This document shows positions 45,806 to 55,255 of a stretch of 64,000 nt of DNA, in pieces (positions within the stretch are counted from its first letter, which is position 1; each line of letters opens with the position of its first letter). The translations under genes were made by a program, and so were the position numbers. The notes under the pieces are model-generated. The model was not told where the DNA came from and made no database searches. It saw only the letters and a list, made by a program, of their open reading frames with translations. The stretch comes from a virus, in IMG/VR virus record IMGVR_UViG_3300033489_000007, positions 1,342 to 65,341 of that record, one strand, 5' to 3'.

Positions 45806-46438
45806 CTACCCCTCACTTGGTAACGAATCGCGCGCGTGCTGCTGAGCGACTAACGCCGCCTGACGCAACTTGTCATTCTCCATGACCCTGCGCGCCAACA
45901 ACGTATCATCGCGCGGATTTGGCTCACGCATCAACATGCGGCGATAAGCCACGATGCGGCGATTAGCAGCACGCGCGATGACGACAAACTGGGCGGCAAG
46001 AGAAGCATTACCCTCCTCCAACTCCATGCGCGCAAGGCGCATATGCTTATTGCGATACCACCGAATGCGACGTACCGACGGGTGGCTGCCGCGCCGTGCC
46101 GGGCTGGCAAACTCCTGACACAATTTATGGTTTAGCGGAAAATCGTGATGCGGGAGCCTGTGCAACGCCCCTAACTCCTGAGTTAAACGCTTGAACTCCT
46201 TGTAAATATCGTTGCGAGTGACGGAATTCTTAGCAGCGGCCCAGTCGATCAACGCGCGATCCGCATCCCACAACCTGACCTGCATTGCAGTATGCACAGT
46301 GACGTCAAGCTCATACTCGCGACACTGTGCATCGTAACCTTCTTTATAATGCAACTTACCCGCGATCGACGACCACTTTGCCGCGACCTCGCACGCTAAC
46401 GAGTTGCGCTCTGCCAACAAGACTCTATAAGAAACCAT
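45806..46438 (-). CDS. hypothetical protein, first gene of leftward early operon (approx. 210 aa)
   Basis: Start chosen at MVSYRV, which has a GGAG upstream. The longer 46522 start is also possible. Confidence 0.4.
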   Translation of the reverse strand: MVSYRVLLAERNSLACEVAAKWSSIAGKLHYKEGYDAQCREYELDVTVHTAMQVRLWDADRALIDWAAAKNSVTRNDIYKEFKRLTQELGALHRLPHHDFPLNHKLCQEFASPARRGSHPSVRRIRWYRNKHMRLARMELEEGNASLAAQFVVIARAANRRIVAYRRMLMREPNPRDDTLLARRVMENDKLRQAALVAQQHARDSLPSEG

Positions 46439-46692
46439 AATGGGCGGCTCCGCGCGAGAGGAAATTGAAGTAGGTGGGGTGAGTGTAGTATAGCACATAG
46501 GCGACGCCGCGCATAGATTCAAAAGGCCGCGAACGTTGTTCAGCCGGTCTGGCAGCGTTACACTTCAGAGGTATATTCGGTGTTTTCTGTTATATTCAAA
46601 CACAGGGGGTGAATAGGCGAAGTATGCGCATTGGACATCATTGATGTTTTGATGGTCTCGACAGCAGCCTGGGTGGGGGTGTGAGCCCGGCA

Positions 46693-46714
46693 CTCAAAAA
46701 AGTTGTTTTTTGAG
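46693..46714. promoter_or_regulatory. perfect 9-bp inverted repeat CTCAAAAAAgttgTTTTTTGAG in the divergent control region, next to TTGACA (46719–46724)
   Basis: Read directly. Candidate operator or bidirectional element. Confidence 0.4.
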
Positions 46715-47001
46715 ATACTTGACAAAGAGAGAGAACCGGAGAAGAACGGACGACGAGAGAGAGAGGCGGCATACCTTAGTGGCTCAGTGCTAACCACGCG
46801 ACCCGAGACCCACATGTCTGACCGATCACTGAAGCTGATATCACCATTATACTTCCGAGAGCCTAGTCGTCAGGGCGTCTTTTTTCGGGAACCCGTAATG
46901 AGTGCCCGTGCGAACGGGCGTGCGTCGGTTGTGCTACGTGGTGAAGTTCGCACAACAACTACTTGACGCGGGTCGCGGGGTGTGCTACCCTACGTGCGCG
47001 T

Positions 47002-47460
47002 ATGAGCACGAACGAACCACAAATCCTAGATTTCCCGTTGCATATTCCAACGGCCGACTCGCGTCAACTAGTTGAGCACTTAGTTGCGTGCGACATCGAT
47101 CAAGAGTCGATTTGCTACATAATTAAGGCAACGCCGTTTGAGTTGCGTTTGCATTACGCAGGCGAGCTTAAACACGGGCTTGCGAACGCCACTGCGCAAA
47201 TGGCGCAAAGTGTGTTTCGTGCGGGTATTGCTGGCGACATGAAAGCCGCGACTTTCTGGCTCCGGTCGCGTGCGGGTTGGCGTGAAACCGTGCGCATCGA
47301 CAACCCTGCCGAAACCCCACAAGTGCAAGCCAAGGACAAGCAACAGCTTATCGACCGCATTGTTGGCTTGCTAACACCTGCACAAGCCGTTGCAGTGCTC
47401 AAGGCAGAGGCGGGCGAGACTTCGCAGAGCGCTGCGAAACCCGGGCCAACGCTCAACTAA
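47002..47460 (+). CDS. putative terminase small subunit
   Basis: KAATFWLRSRAGWRE resembles the conserved AA.FWLK.RAGW motif of Terminase_2-type small subunits, as recalled. First + strand gene after the control region. Confidence 0.4.
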   Translation: MSTNEPQILDFPLHIPTADSRQLVEHLVACDIDQESICYIIKATPFELRLHYAGELKHGLANATAQMAQSVFRAGIAGDMKAATFWLRSRAGWRETVRIDNPAETPQVQAKDKQQLIDRIVGLLTPAQAVAVLKAEAGETSQSAAKPGPTLN

Positions 47461-47665
47461 CCAGCTGTGCGAAATCCGCGACCTCAGACACGGCCGCGCC
47501 CACTTGATCCCAGGCCCGGGCTGTTTGCCTGTCGTTGTAGCTGGCCCGCACGTGTTCAGCTTTGCTGGCGCAAATAGCTGCGATCAGGTTAAGGGTTTCC
47601 TCTGCGCCGACTCGGTCAATAAGGGCCTCAAGTGTTTCTGCATCTTGCTGTGTAGACTTTAACAT
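47453..47665 (-). CDS. hypothetical protein (70 aa)
   Basis: ORF. Confidence 0.3.
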   Translation of the reverse strand: MLKSTQQDAETLEALIDRVGAEETLNLIAAICASKAEHVRASYNDRQTARAWDQVGAAVSEVADFAQLVS

Positions 47666-47776
47666 GTTACGCGTCCTTAGTCAGATAAGCCAATACCAAC
47701 AGCCCGCAACCCGGGACAAACGCCCCGGCCACAAAGGCTACCACCGCGAAAACTACCCACACGTTGCTGGGGTGCA

Positions 47777-48058
47777 TCACCGAACCTCAAGGTAGAAGTC
47801 GCTCAAAGCTTCCTCTAGGTCTGAGGTAGCCATGTCCTCGTTATCCGGCTCGGTGCTGTACACCAATTCTAGCTCCTCAGTCACGCTGATGAGGGCAACG
47901 CCGTCCATTAGCACCTCAACTAGGTCTTGGGCGTTGTAAGATTCAGCTATTTCCACAGCGGTGCGGTAAGCAAAGAACCGGCGCAAGTCGCGCTCTTCGT
48001 TGTTGGGGTTGGGTAAAGTAGCCACAAAGGCGGCCAAGGTTTCAGGCGTGTGTTTCAT
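47777..48058 (-). CDS. hypothetical acidic protein (93 aa)
   Basis: ORF. Confidence 0.35.
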   Translation of the reverse strand: MKHTPETLAAFVATLPNPNNEERDLRRFFAYRTAVEIAESYNAQDLVEVLMDGVALISVTEELELVYSTEPDNEDMATSDLEEALSDFYLEVR

Positions 48059-48106
48059 GTGTTTCTCCAGTTAAGGCCCGGGTCGCGGTCCCCGGGCAGC
48101 GAGTGT

Positions 48107-48643
48107 TTAGGCGTTCTTCGGGTCGTTGACGATCGCACGCTTGCGTTGCGCGCCCCGAATCCTGTTGCCTAGGTTCATGCGTTGCATCCCAGGGTTGAGC
48201 GCCTTGTATTGGGCACGCAGGCTGGTTTCGGTCACGCCCAGGTCTTTAGCCGCACGGGCGTAGACGTCGTCCAGCTCCAAGCCGCGCAGCTCAACAGCCA
48301 ACGCGTCACCCGAATCGAGCGTCTTGTTGCCGGTGGCTGACTTGGCCTTGACGTAGCCAGAGCAGTCGTGCTTGGTGTTGCCGACCCGGCGCAGCTTGAC
48401 GCCCGCGTCCTCTTCCTCGCCCTCGTCGTCTACCTTGCTTTTGCCCGCGTCCAACGCCTTTATGGCCGCTGTGACTGTTTTGGCAGTTAGCTGGGGTTTC
48501 GGGCTTCGGGCCGATTGCTCCTCGCCCAGCACCTCGATGTCCTTGTTGCGGACCTTGCACACAGTGCCCGCCTCGTTGTAGTAGGTCGTCCAGCTGCCTT
48601 TGCGCTCGATGAACTGCTCTTTGGTGATCTGTCGCTTTGCCAT
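48107..48643 (-). CDS. small basic protein, paralogue family member 3
   Basis: 178 aa. C-terminal YKALNPGMQRMNLGNRIRGA. Confidence 0.5.
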   Translation of the reverse strand: MAKRQITKEQFIERKGSWTTYYNEAGTVCKVRNKDIEVLGEEQSARSPKPQLTAKTVTAAIKALDAGKSKVDDEGEEEDAGVKLRRVGNTKHDCSGYVKAKSATGNKTLDSGDALAVELRGLELDDVYARAAKDLGVTETSLRAQYKALNPGMQRMNLGNRIRGAQRKRAIVNDPKNA

Positions 48644-49240
48644 ACTTGCTATCCTCTATGGGGCCGTGCACAATACCCGACCTGTTGTTAGTGTAACACA
48701 GTCGTTATCGCCGCATAACCCCTCGAACCATGATCGTTCACGATGGTTATCATCGTCGACAACGATGGTTCGAGCCCCTCGTTTCGCAGCGGCCTGCTAA
48801 AACAGAAGAAAAGAACGCGCCCGCGCACGCGTTGCAAGGCTCGTGCCAGCGTTATGCGGCGTTTGGCTCGGGCTGCGGGTTGGTTGTGCGGCGCAGCAAG
48901 ACTGGGGCGGGGCGACATGCAAGCCTCGTGCCAAAAGGGGCGATGGAGGGCAATCGCAGCTTGGGCGGCAACAGCCTAGGCAGAAACCGGGGCGAAAAAC
49001 CCGGCACCCCCTCGCGAAGCGACGTATAATGGGTCCCATCGTTCGTGTCGCGCTGAGACCGATAAGCTCTAAGATATATGTTATATCGTCCCGGGTCGCG
49101 GGCAATTCGTCGGGGGTCCCGGGCCGGGCCTTCATTATCGCGGGGTAAATGTCTCGGGTCCCTTCCTGCCTATTCCTATCGTATATGTGATCGTGCTATA
49201 CTTCGGTCATCTTTCTGTTCGCTTTGTGGGGTCCCATCGT
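48644..49240. promoter_or_regulatory. GC-rich non-coding control region with TATAAT (49025–49030) and repeated GGGTCCC(ATCGT) / CCCGGGTCGCGG motifs
   Basis: No credible ORF. Motif copies at 49031, 49090, 49114, 49156 and 49229. Confidence 0.5.
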
Positions 49241-49540
49241 ATGATTTCTCCTACTCCCGGTCGTATCGTTTGGTTCCGTCCCAATGGCTTTTATGATAGT
49301 ATTAACCATTACAATATTGGCGAGCCGTTGGCTGCGATGATTGTGCACGTATGGAATGATCGGATGGTTAACATCGTGTTGTTCGATTCGTCGGGTATGT
49401 CTTATCCATTCACGTCGGTGCATTTGCGGCAGCCGGAGGACCCGGTTCCTGTCGGCACGGGTTATGCTGAGTGGATGCCGTATCAGGTTGGGCAGGCCAA
49501 GCCTGCTGATGTCGTTACTGGTGCGGGTAGCGTCCCGTGA
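49241..49540 (+). CDS. hypothetical protein (approx. 99 aa)
   Basis: The ATG lies immediately after the GGGTCCCATCGT motif. The longer ORF from 49187 is also possible. Confidence 0.35.
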   Translation: MISPTPGRIVWFRPNGFYDSINHYNIGEPLAAMIVHVWNDRMVNIVLFDSSGMSYPFTSVHLRQPEDPVPVGTGYAEWMPYQVGQAKPADVVTGAGSVP

Positions 49541-49854
49541 GCAATTCGTTGGTCGACCAGGATATAATGACGTTTGAGGGCGAGTCGGACGTACTGGCTA
49601 TTGCCCCGATCAAATTTTGTGACGATCACCATGCTGAGTTGTTAGTGATCATGGCACGGCATGGTGTTACTGATGAAATGAAAGTGTCGCATGCAATTTT
49701 CTCGCTCGCGGCCCGTACTGTCGGCACCGATGTGTTATGTCAATACCGCTGCCCGATTTGCTTGTTCCAAAATTTCAATTTTATGACCGCGATGGTTGAG
49801 GTGTTTGCAACACCCGTTGCCCCACTGCATCCCGGCATAGTGTTGTCGTCATGA
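49537..49854 (+). CDS. hypothetical protein (105 aa)
   Basis: Coupled ORF. Confidence 0.35.
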   Translation: MSNSLVDQDIMTFEGESDVLAIAPIKFCDDHHAELLVIMARHGVTDEMKVSHAIFSLAARTVGTDVLCQYRCPICLFQNFNFMTAMVEVFATPVAPLHPGIVLSS

Positions 49855-50086
49855 ATTGGTTGCGCCAGAGAAAGATAGCACCGATCCGTTCTGGCGATTC
49901 GGGTCCCGTTGCATATTTAGCTCAATTGCTGGAGCAAGCTCAGGCTGGCCACATCAAGAGTGTTGTGGTGTCAGTGCAATATGATAATGGGTTCATAGCC
50001 GGTTCCATGAAGATGCCGATTTCCGACTTGTTGATGCATAAGGCCACGATTGATGAACATGTAGATGACCACTTCCGGGGTTCTAA

Positions 50087-50488
50087 ATGAGTCTGCAGGC
50101 TATGATCGACAGGATTGAGGCCACCTTCGATTGTAGTGTCGGTGATCCTTTTGCATACCACACTTTAGATGATGGTAATAAAGTGTGGTATTGTACGTTT
50201 GCGGTGCGTGGTAAAAGTTCTGTGCCCCATCCCGGGCTTGGTACCCCTATAATCTGGGGGGCTGAAGAAGATAAGCTTTGTGAAGCCATCCTACAGATGT
50301 TATTCGATTGGGCTAAGTTGAAATTGACGGCAGAGCGTAAAAGGTTATTTTGGCGTTATGCGGATAAGGTGCGCATAGAGTCGTACGGCTCGACTTATCA
50401 TCAAATTAGAATGAGGGTAGGTATTGAGGGTATAGAGCCTTCGGTGCACGACAGTTATGAGGGCAAGCTCCCCCAGTTGGTCATATGA
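50087..50488 (+). CDS. hypothetical protein (133 aa)
   Basis: Coupled ORF. Confidence 0.4.
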   Translation: MSLQAMIDRIEATFDCSVGDPFAYHTLDDGNKVWYCTFAVRGKSSVPHPGLGTPIIWGAEEDKLCEAILQMLFDWAKLKLTAERKRLFWRYADKVRIESYGSTYHQIRMRVGIEGIEPSVHDSYEGKLPQLVI

Positions 50489-51966
50489 GTGCCTCGGCCG
50501 ACTTCATTGATTTGCATCCGGAATTAGTGGACGTCCATCACGCCCTTGCCTCATTGGATAAATACGATCTTGCGGTCCTTGAATGGCGTTTACGTTGGCA
50601 GAAGCAGGCGCGGGCTAAGCAATTAGCGCCTCCCGGCAAATGGAACACGTGGGGCATCATGTCCGGTCGTGGCTTCGGTAAGACCCTTACCGGTGCTAAT
50701 TGGCTTGGGATCGAGGCCGCGCTGCAACCCGGCTCATTTAATGGAATGATCGGCCCGACCGGCGATGACGTGCGCGCGGTGATGATCGAAGGCCCGACCG
50801 GACTGCTCAACGCTATTCCACCCCTCCTCGTTGATGATTATAACGTTACCCTACACAAATTGACGTTGTGGAACGGCTCCACTATCCGTGGGTTTTCTGC
50901 CGAGGAACCCCGTAGGTTGCGCGGCCCGCAACATCATAACGTGTGGGCGGACGAGGTCGCGGCTTGGACGGACGGGGTCGACACCTGGGACATGATGAAA
51001 TTCGGTCTGCGCCTCGGTGTGCACCCCAAAGTGTTGTGGACGTCTACTCCAAAATATGTGGAGCTAGTCCGAAAACTTCTTCGTGACAAGAAGGCTGTTG
51101 TTGTTCGTGGTACGACTTATGAGAACCGCGACAACCTATCGGACTCATTTTACGACGAACTGCGACAATATGAAGGAACCAAGCTAGGGCGTCAAGAACT
51201 AGACGGCGAATTGATCGACCCGGAAGAAGACGGCATCGTAGAGCGCAGTCAGTGGCAACTGTGGCCCGCTGACGCGCCGTTACCACGTTTTCGTTTCATT
51301 TTAATGTCGCTTGATACTGCTTTCACTGAGAAAGCAATGAACAAGAAGACCAAGGAGCCCGATTATACAGCGTGCCAAGTTTGGGGGTTGTGGGATCATG
51401 ACGGTCACCCAAACATGCTATTGTTGGACGCGTGGCGCGATCATCTCGGCTTTCCACAATTGGTGGAGCGGGTTAAGAAGGAGCGAGCTTTTACTTATGG
51501 CGATTCCGACGAACCCCTTATTAAAACATACCTGGGCCGCAATTCTGCAGGCCATCAGGGGCGTCAACCGGACTTGATTCTGATTGAGGACAAGGGCTCC
51601 GGTATTTCGCTTCGCCAGCAATTGGCGGTGGAAGACATTATTGCTACACCTTATAATCCCGGTAAGATGGACAAATTGTCGAGATTGCATGCTGTATCCC
51701 CTCTGTTTGCCGCGAAGCGCGTGTGGGCGGTCGAATCCGACCGGCACCCCGGCCGCCCGCGCAGCTGGGCTGACCCCGTGATCACTGCTGTGTGCTCGTT
51801 CCACGGCGCGGGCTCGATTCGGCACGACGACGAAGTAGACGTGTGCACCCAAGCCTTGCGCTGGTTTAAGGATAACTACTTCGGGGCGCTGTCCGAGAAG
51901 GGGCCGCCGGTGTATCGCGAGGACGTGGTCGAAGACCTTGACATCAGAAACCCTTACGCACAATAG
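50485..51966 (+). CDS. terL: terminase large subunit
   Basis: Walker A GRGFGKT, Walker B HNVWADEVAAW and a C-terminal nuclease domain (LMSLDTAF ... IEDKGSG). Confidence 0.85.
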   Translation: MSASADFIDLHPELVDVHHALASLDKYDLAVLEWRLRWQKQARAKQLAPPGKWNTWGIMSGRGFGKTLTGANWLGIEAALQPGSFNGMIGPTGDDVRAVMIEGPTGLLNAIPPLLVDDYNVTLHKLTLWNGSTIRGFSAEEPRRLRGPQHHNVWADEVAAWTDGVDTWDMMKFGLRLGVHPKVLWTSTPKYVELVRKLLRDKKAVVVRGTTYENRDNLSDSFYDELRQYEGTKLGRQELDGELIDPEEDGIVERSQWQLWPADAPLPRFRFILMSLDTAFTEKAMNKKTKEPDYTACQVWGLWDHDGHPNMLLLDAWRDHLGFPQLVERVKKERAFTYGDSDEPLIKTYLGRNSAGHQGRQPDLILIEDKGSGISLRQQLAVEDIIATPYNPGKMDKLSRLHAVSPLFAAKRVWAVESDRHPGRPRSWADPVITAVCSFHGAGSIRHDDEVDVCTQALRWFKDNYFGALSEKGPPVYREDVVEDLDIRNPYAQ

Positions 51967-51991
51967 GATAACATAATGTCAACCCCAGAAG
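51960..51991 (+). repeat. 32-bp exact direct repeat ACAATAGGATAACATAATGTCAACCCCAGAAG, copy 1 (copy 2 at 52190–52221)
   Basis: Identical strings cover the RBS and first five codons of both the 76-aa ORF and the portal gene. Confidence 0.9.
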
Positions 51992-52206
51992 TAGATAATG
52001 AATTGATTAATAGGCGTCTGAGGGAGGCTTTGCCACTTATGGATAAGGCTTTGTTAACTGGTGTTGCATTAGAACGGATTAAAATAGCTAGGATGATAGC
52101 GGGCGATATAGGGATCGATAGCGGTAGGGTGCTAACGTACTGGAACCAACATTCATGTGCTGATATTATAGACAGAGCCCTAACGACCGACAATAGGATA
52201 ACATAA
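51976..52206 (+). CDS. hypothetical small protein (76 aa) beginning MSTPE, same as the portal
   Basis: The 32-bp exact repeat spanning its RBS and start is repeated at the portal start. Confidence 0.35.
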   Translation: MSTPEVDNELINRRLREALPLMDKALLTGVALERIKIARMIAGDIGIDSGRVLTYWNQHSCADIIDRALTTDNRIT

Positions 52207-54797
52207 TGTCAACCCCAGAAGACCAATTAGAGCCGACCAGCAGCATCGAGGACGTAGACGTTGATGAGCCCGAGTACGAAACGCTAGACGACGGCTCAAC
52301 TGTTTTCTCAGTGGACGACGAGGACGACTCCGTGCCGGTCGGCGATGCGGGTTTCTATGATAACCTAGCCAACCCGGCGCTGGGCATCATAGGATTTACT
52401 GACCTTAACGATATCGCCGTAGATTTGCTGTACAAGATCGAGATCGACCGGCAGGCGCGGGCTGATCGCGATAAACAATACGAAGAGGGACTGCGTAGAA
52501 CCGGGCTGGCGGACGATGCCCCCGGTGGCGCGTCATTTTTAGGCGCTGCGCGCACCACTCACCCAATGCTGATTAAGGCGACGATCGACTTCGGCTCGCA
52601 CGTAATGAAGGAGTTGTTTCCCCCGGATGGGCCTGTCAAGACGTTTATCCCGGGCACCGAGACTCAAGCGCGCTTGGAGAAGGCAAAGCGCAAACAGCGT
52701 ATGCTCAACTGGCAACTGACCGTCCAGATGCAAGAGTTTCCAAACGTATTGGAGAAGACGATAATTCAAGTGCCGCTGGGGGGTGTGCAATATATTCGCT
52801 TGGTGTGGTGCTCTCAGATGAAACGCCCCATATCGCGGTTCGTGTCAGTGTCCGACATATTACTACCGTATGACGCAGTGGACTTTTACAGCGCCGAGCG
52901 TATGACGTATGTCGAGCGCGTTACCGAGGATGAGTACTTACAGCGTGTTAAAGACGGCCTATATCTGGACGATTCAATTACGCTGGTATCATTGTCGCCG
53001 GAGCGCACTAAATCCGGACAACAACAGGATAAGATTACCGGCGCGTCGCCGGATGACCAAAACATCGACGGCACACGTAATGTGTTCGAAACTGTTACCT
53101 ATCTCGACATTGAGGGCTTCCGTGCGCCCTATATAGTGCGGCTGGACGACAGCAGTCATACCGTCAAGGCGATCGTACGCAATTGGGAGGAGGAGGATGA
53201 TTTACGCAGGCCGATGGATTGGATCATCGAATTTCCATTCATTCCGTGGGATGGCCCACAAGCGATCGGCTTATCGCACATCATCGGCGGATTGTCCGGG
53301 GCTGCAACAGGCGCATTGCGCGCGTTGCTCGACTCGGCACATATTAACAATTTCCCCACTGCTTTAGTGTTGGATGGCACTGCAACGTCCGGGCAGACCA
53401 TCGCGCTACAGCCGACCACTCTGCAACGCATTAAGGGCGGCTCGACATCGTCGGACGACATTCGCAAGGTGGTTATGGGCCTACCGTTCAACCCGCCATC
53501 GCAGGTGTTGTTCTCGCTGCTAGAATTCCTTGTGCATTCCGGTGAAGACGTAGTCAAGACAGTGTTTAGTGATTTACAAGGCGCTGCCACTAATGCTGCA
53601 CCGGTCGGCACGACCATGATGATGGTCGAAAACGTATCGAAAATCATCGCCGCCATCCACTCGCGCCTGCACCGCAGCTTCCAACGTTTGCTGTTGACGT
53701 TGTCGCGCATCAACCGAATGTATCAGACCGACTCGGAGATCAAGGACGAAGCTGGCGAAGTGCTGGCGTATCGTGAGGACTTCGACGGCCCGCTGGATGT
53801 GGTGCCGGTGTCCGACCCTAATATTTTTTCAGAGGTGCAGCGTTACTCGCAAATGCAGGCGATCGTGGCGCGCTCCGACACGCACCCTGGGATGTACGAC
53901 CCGTGGGCCGTCGAGGAATTGATATTGCGGCAGTTAAAGGTGCCGGACGCCGATAAACTGCTCAAGAAGCCTAAAGAGCCGACCCGGATGAACCCGGTAA
54001 ATGAAAATATGTCAATGGTTATGGGAAACCCAGTAATGGCGTTTCCGGACCAGGATCACTTGGCGCACATGCAAGTTCTGTTGGATTTCTTAAAATCACC
54101 AGTGTTAGGTATGTTTTCTATCATCGCCCCGACGTTCCTACCGATGGCGCTGGGCCATTTGAAGGAACATGTCACTATGTGGTATATAGTGCAAATGGAC
54201 GAAGTGCTAACCAAAGTTACCGGTAAAGACACGTCGATTCTCATGAAATTTAATGACCCTGAAACGGCCAATGAGCTTGACAAGACCCTAGCGTCGGCGT
54301 CGCCGATCGTCACTAGCCTGATGGAGAAGACGTTAAGCTCATTGCCGCCCATCGTGCAGCAGGCACAACAATACCTGAAGCAGGTCGCGCCGCCACAATT
54401 GACCGACCCGTCACAGGCGCAAATTCAAGTGGAGGGTATGAAGCAGCAAACGGCTCGCGAGAAGATGGACGCGCGTCGTCAAGAGGTCCAGGTGCAGAGC
54501 GGCGTTGATTTGCAATTGGCTAATTTAAAGGCTAAACAACAACTTACGCAACAGCAGCAGGAGGGCCAGCAGGCCACCCAACTGGAGCAAATGCGGACTC
54601 AACGCGCTATGCAGCAGGAGGGGATGCGGCAGGGGCATGAGGACCAACGTGCGGAAGACTCCAATCAAGTAAAGATGGATATCAACTCTGATGATAATAT
54701 GACGGCCCTCACTATTGCCCAGGCGGAGCTTGCTCATGATGACAGTGCGAACGTTTCAACCGGGTCGGGAATCAATCCTCGCCCATCTTCAACCTAG
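52206..54797 (+). CDS. portal protein (863 aa)
   Basis: Position immediately after the large terminase, large size, and a Gln-rich coiled C-terminal barrel-like tail. Confidence 0.6.
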   Translation: MSTPEDQLEPTSSIEDVDVDEPEYETLDDGSTVFSVDDEDDSVPVGDAGFYDNLANPALGIIGFTDLNDIAVDLLYKIEIDRQARADRDKQYEEGLRRTGLADDAPGGASFLGAARTTHPMLIKATIDFGSHVMKELFPPDGPVKTFIPGTETQARLEKAKRKQRMLNWQLTVQMQEFPNVLEKTIIQVPLGGVQYIRLVWCSQMKRPISRFVSVSDILLPYDAVDFYSAERMTYVERVTEDEYLQRVKDGLYLDDSITLVSLSPERTKSGQQQDKITGASPDDQNIDGTRNVFETVTYLDIEGFRAPYIVRLDDSSHTVKAIVRNWEEEDDLRRPMDWIIEFPFIPWDGPQAIGLSHIIGGLSGAATGALRALLDSAHINNFPTALVLDGTATSGQTIALQPTTLQRIKGGSTSSDDIRKVVMGLPFNPPSQVLFSLLEFLVHSGEDVVKTVFSDLQGAATNAAPVGTTMMMVENVSKIIAAIHSRLHRSFQRLLLTLSRINRMYQTDSEIKDEAGEVLAYREDFDGPLDVVPVSDPNIFSEVQRYSQMQAIVARSDTHPGMYDPWAVEELILRQLKVPDADKLLKKPKEPTRMNPVNENMSMVMGNPVMAFPDQDHLAHMQVLLDFLKSPVLGMFSIIAPTFLPMALGHLKEHVTMWYIVQMDEVLTKVTGKDTSILMKFNDPETANELDKTLASASPIVTSLMEKTLSSLPPIVQQAQQYLKQVAPPQLTDPSQAQIQVEGMKQQTAREKMDARRQEVQVQSGVDLQLANLKAKQQLTQQQQEGQQATQLEQMRTQRAMQQEGMRQGHEDQRAEDSNQVKMDINSDDNMTALTIAQAELAHDDSANVSTGSGINPRPSST

Positions 54798-55255
54798 AGG
54801 TAATCAATATGACTACGGTCAAGGCAACACCCTTGCACAAAAATTTGGCGACGGGCAAGGGGGCGGTTCAACGGGCGGATGGTTCGAAGTCTCTAATTTC
54901 TGGTGGCGGTGCGTCCAGGTCCAAGGGGGGTCCTCTCAAACAAGACGCGGTTGATACCACCAAGAAGGTAAACAGATAGTAGGTACTTGCGTCACGCCCC
55001 CTCAAGGTGATCTAATGTCAGACATAGAAAGCCTCATCGCCAGTGTTGATAGACTTCGTAGTAGCCATGTGCGTAGTTCTATTGCTACGCCGCGTGATAA
55101 GACCGAATTTGAATTCGGTAGAGTTTGTGGCTTTGACGAAGCAATCGGCGCGGTACTTGAGCTAATTAACAATTTACTCGAAGAATCAACAGATGACGAA
55201 GACAAGCACCATTCGAACAATTTCGGCAGGCCCCTCATCGGGTAAACAGTCCGAA

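Noticed and set aside
46963-47001. TTG start extending the putative small terminase by 13 codons
   Set aside because: The TTGACG at 46963 reads better as a −35-like hexamer of the rightward promoter. I preferred the internal ATG at 47002.
48700-48800. tRNA-like T-loop motif GGTTCGAGCCC within the GC-rich non-coding region
   Set aside because: I could not build a consistent acceptor, D or anticodon stem on either strand around it. The flanking sequence forms an imperfect palindrome (AACCATgATCG…CGATGGTT) instead. I treated it as part of a regulatory or structured region, not a tRNA.
48688-49148. Five mutually overlapping 75–112-aa ORFs in both orientations
   Set aside because: All lie in the GC-rich repeat-bearing intergenic region. 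They have Arg/Ala/Gly-rich compositions and no RBS, so this is an artefact of high GC.
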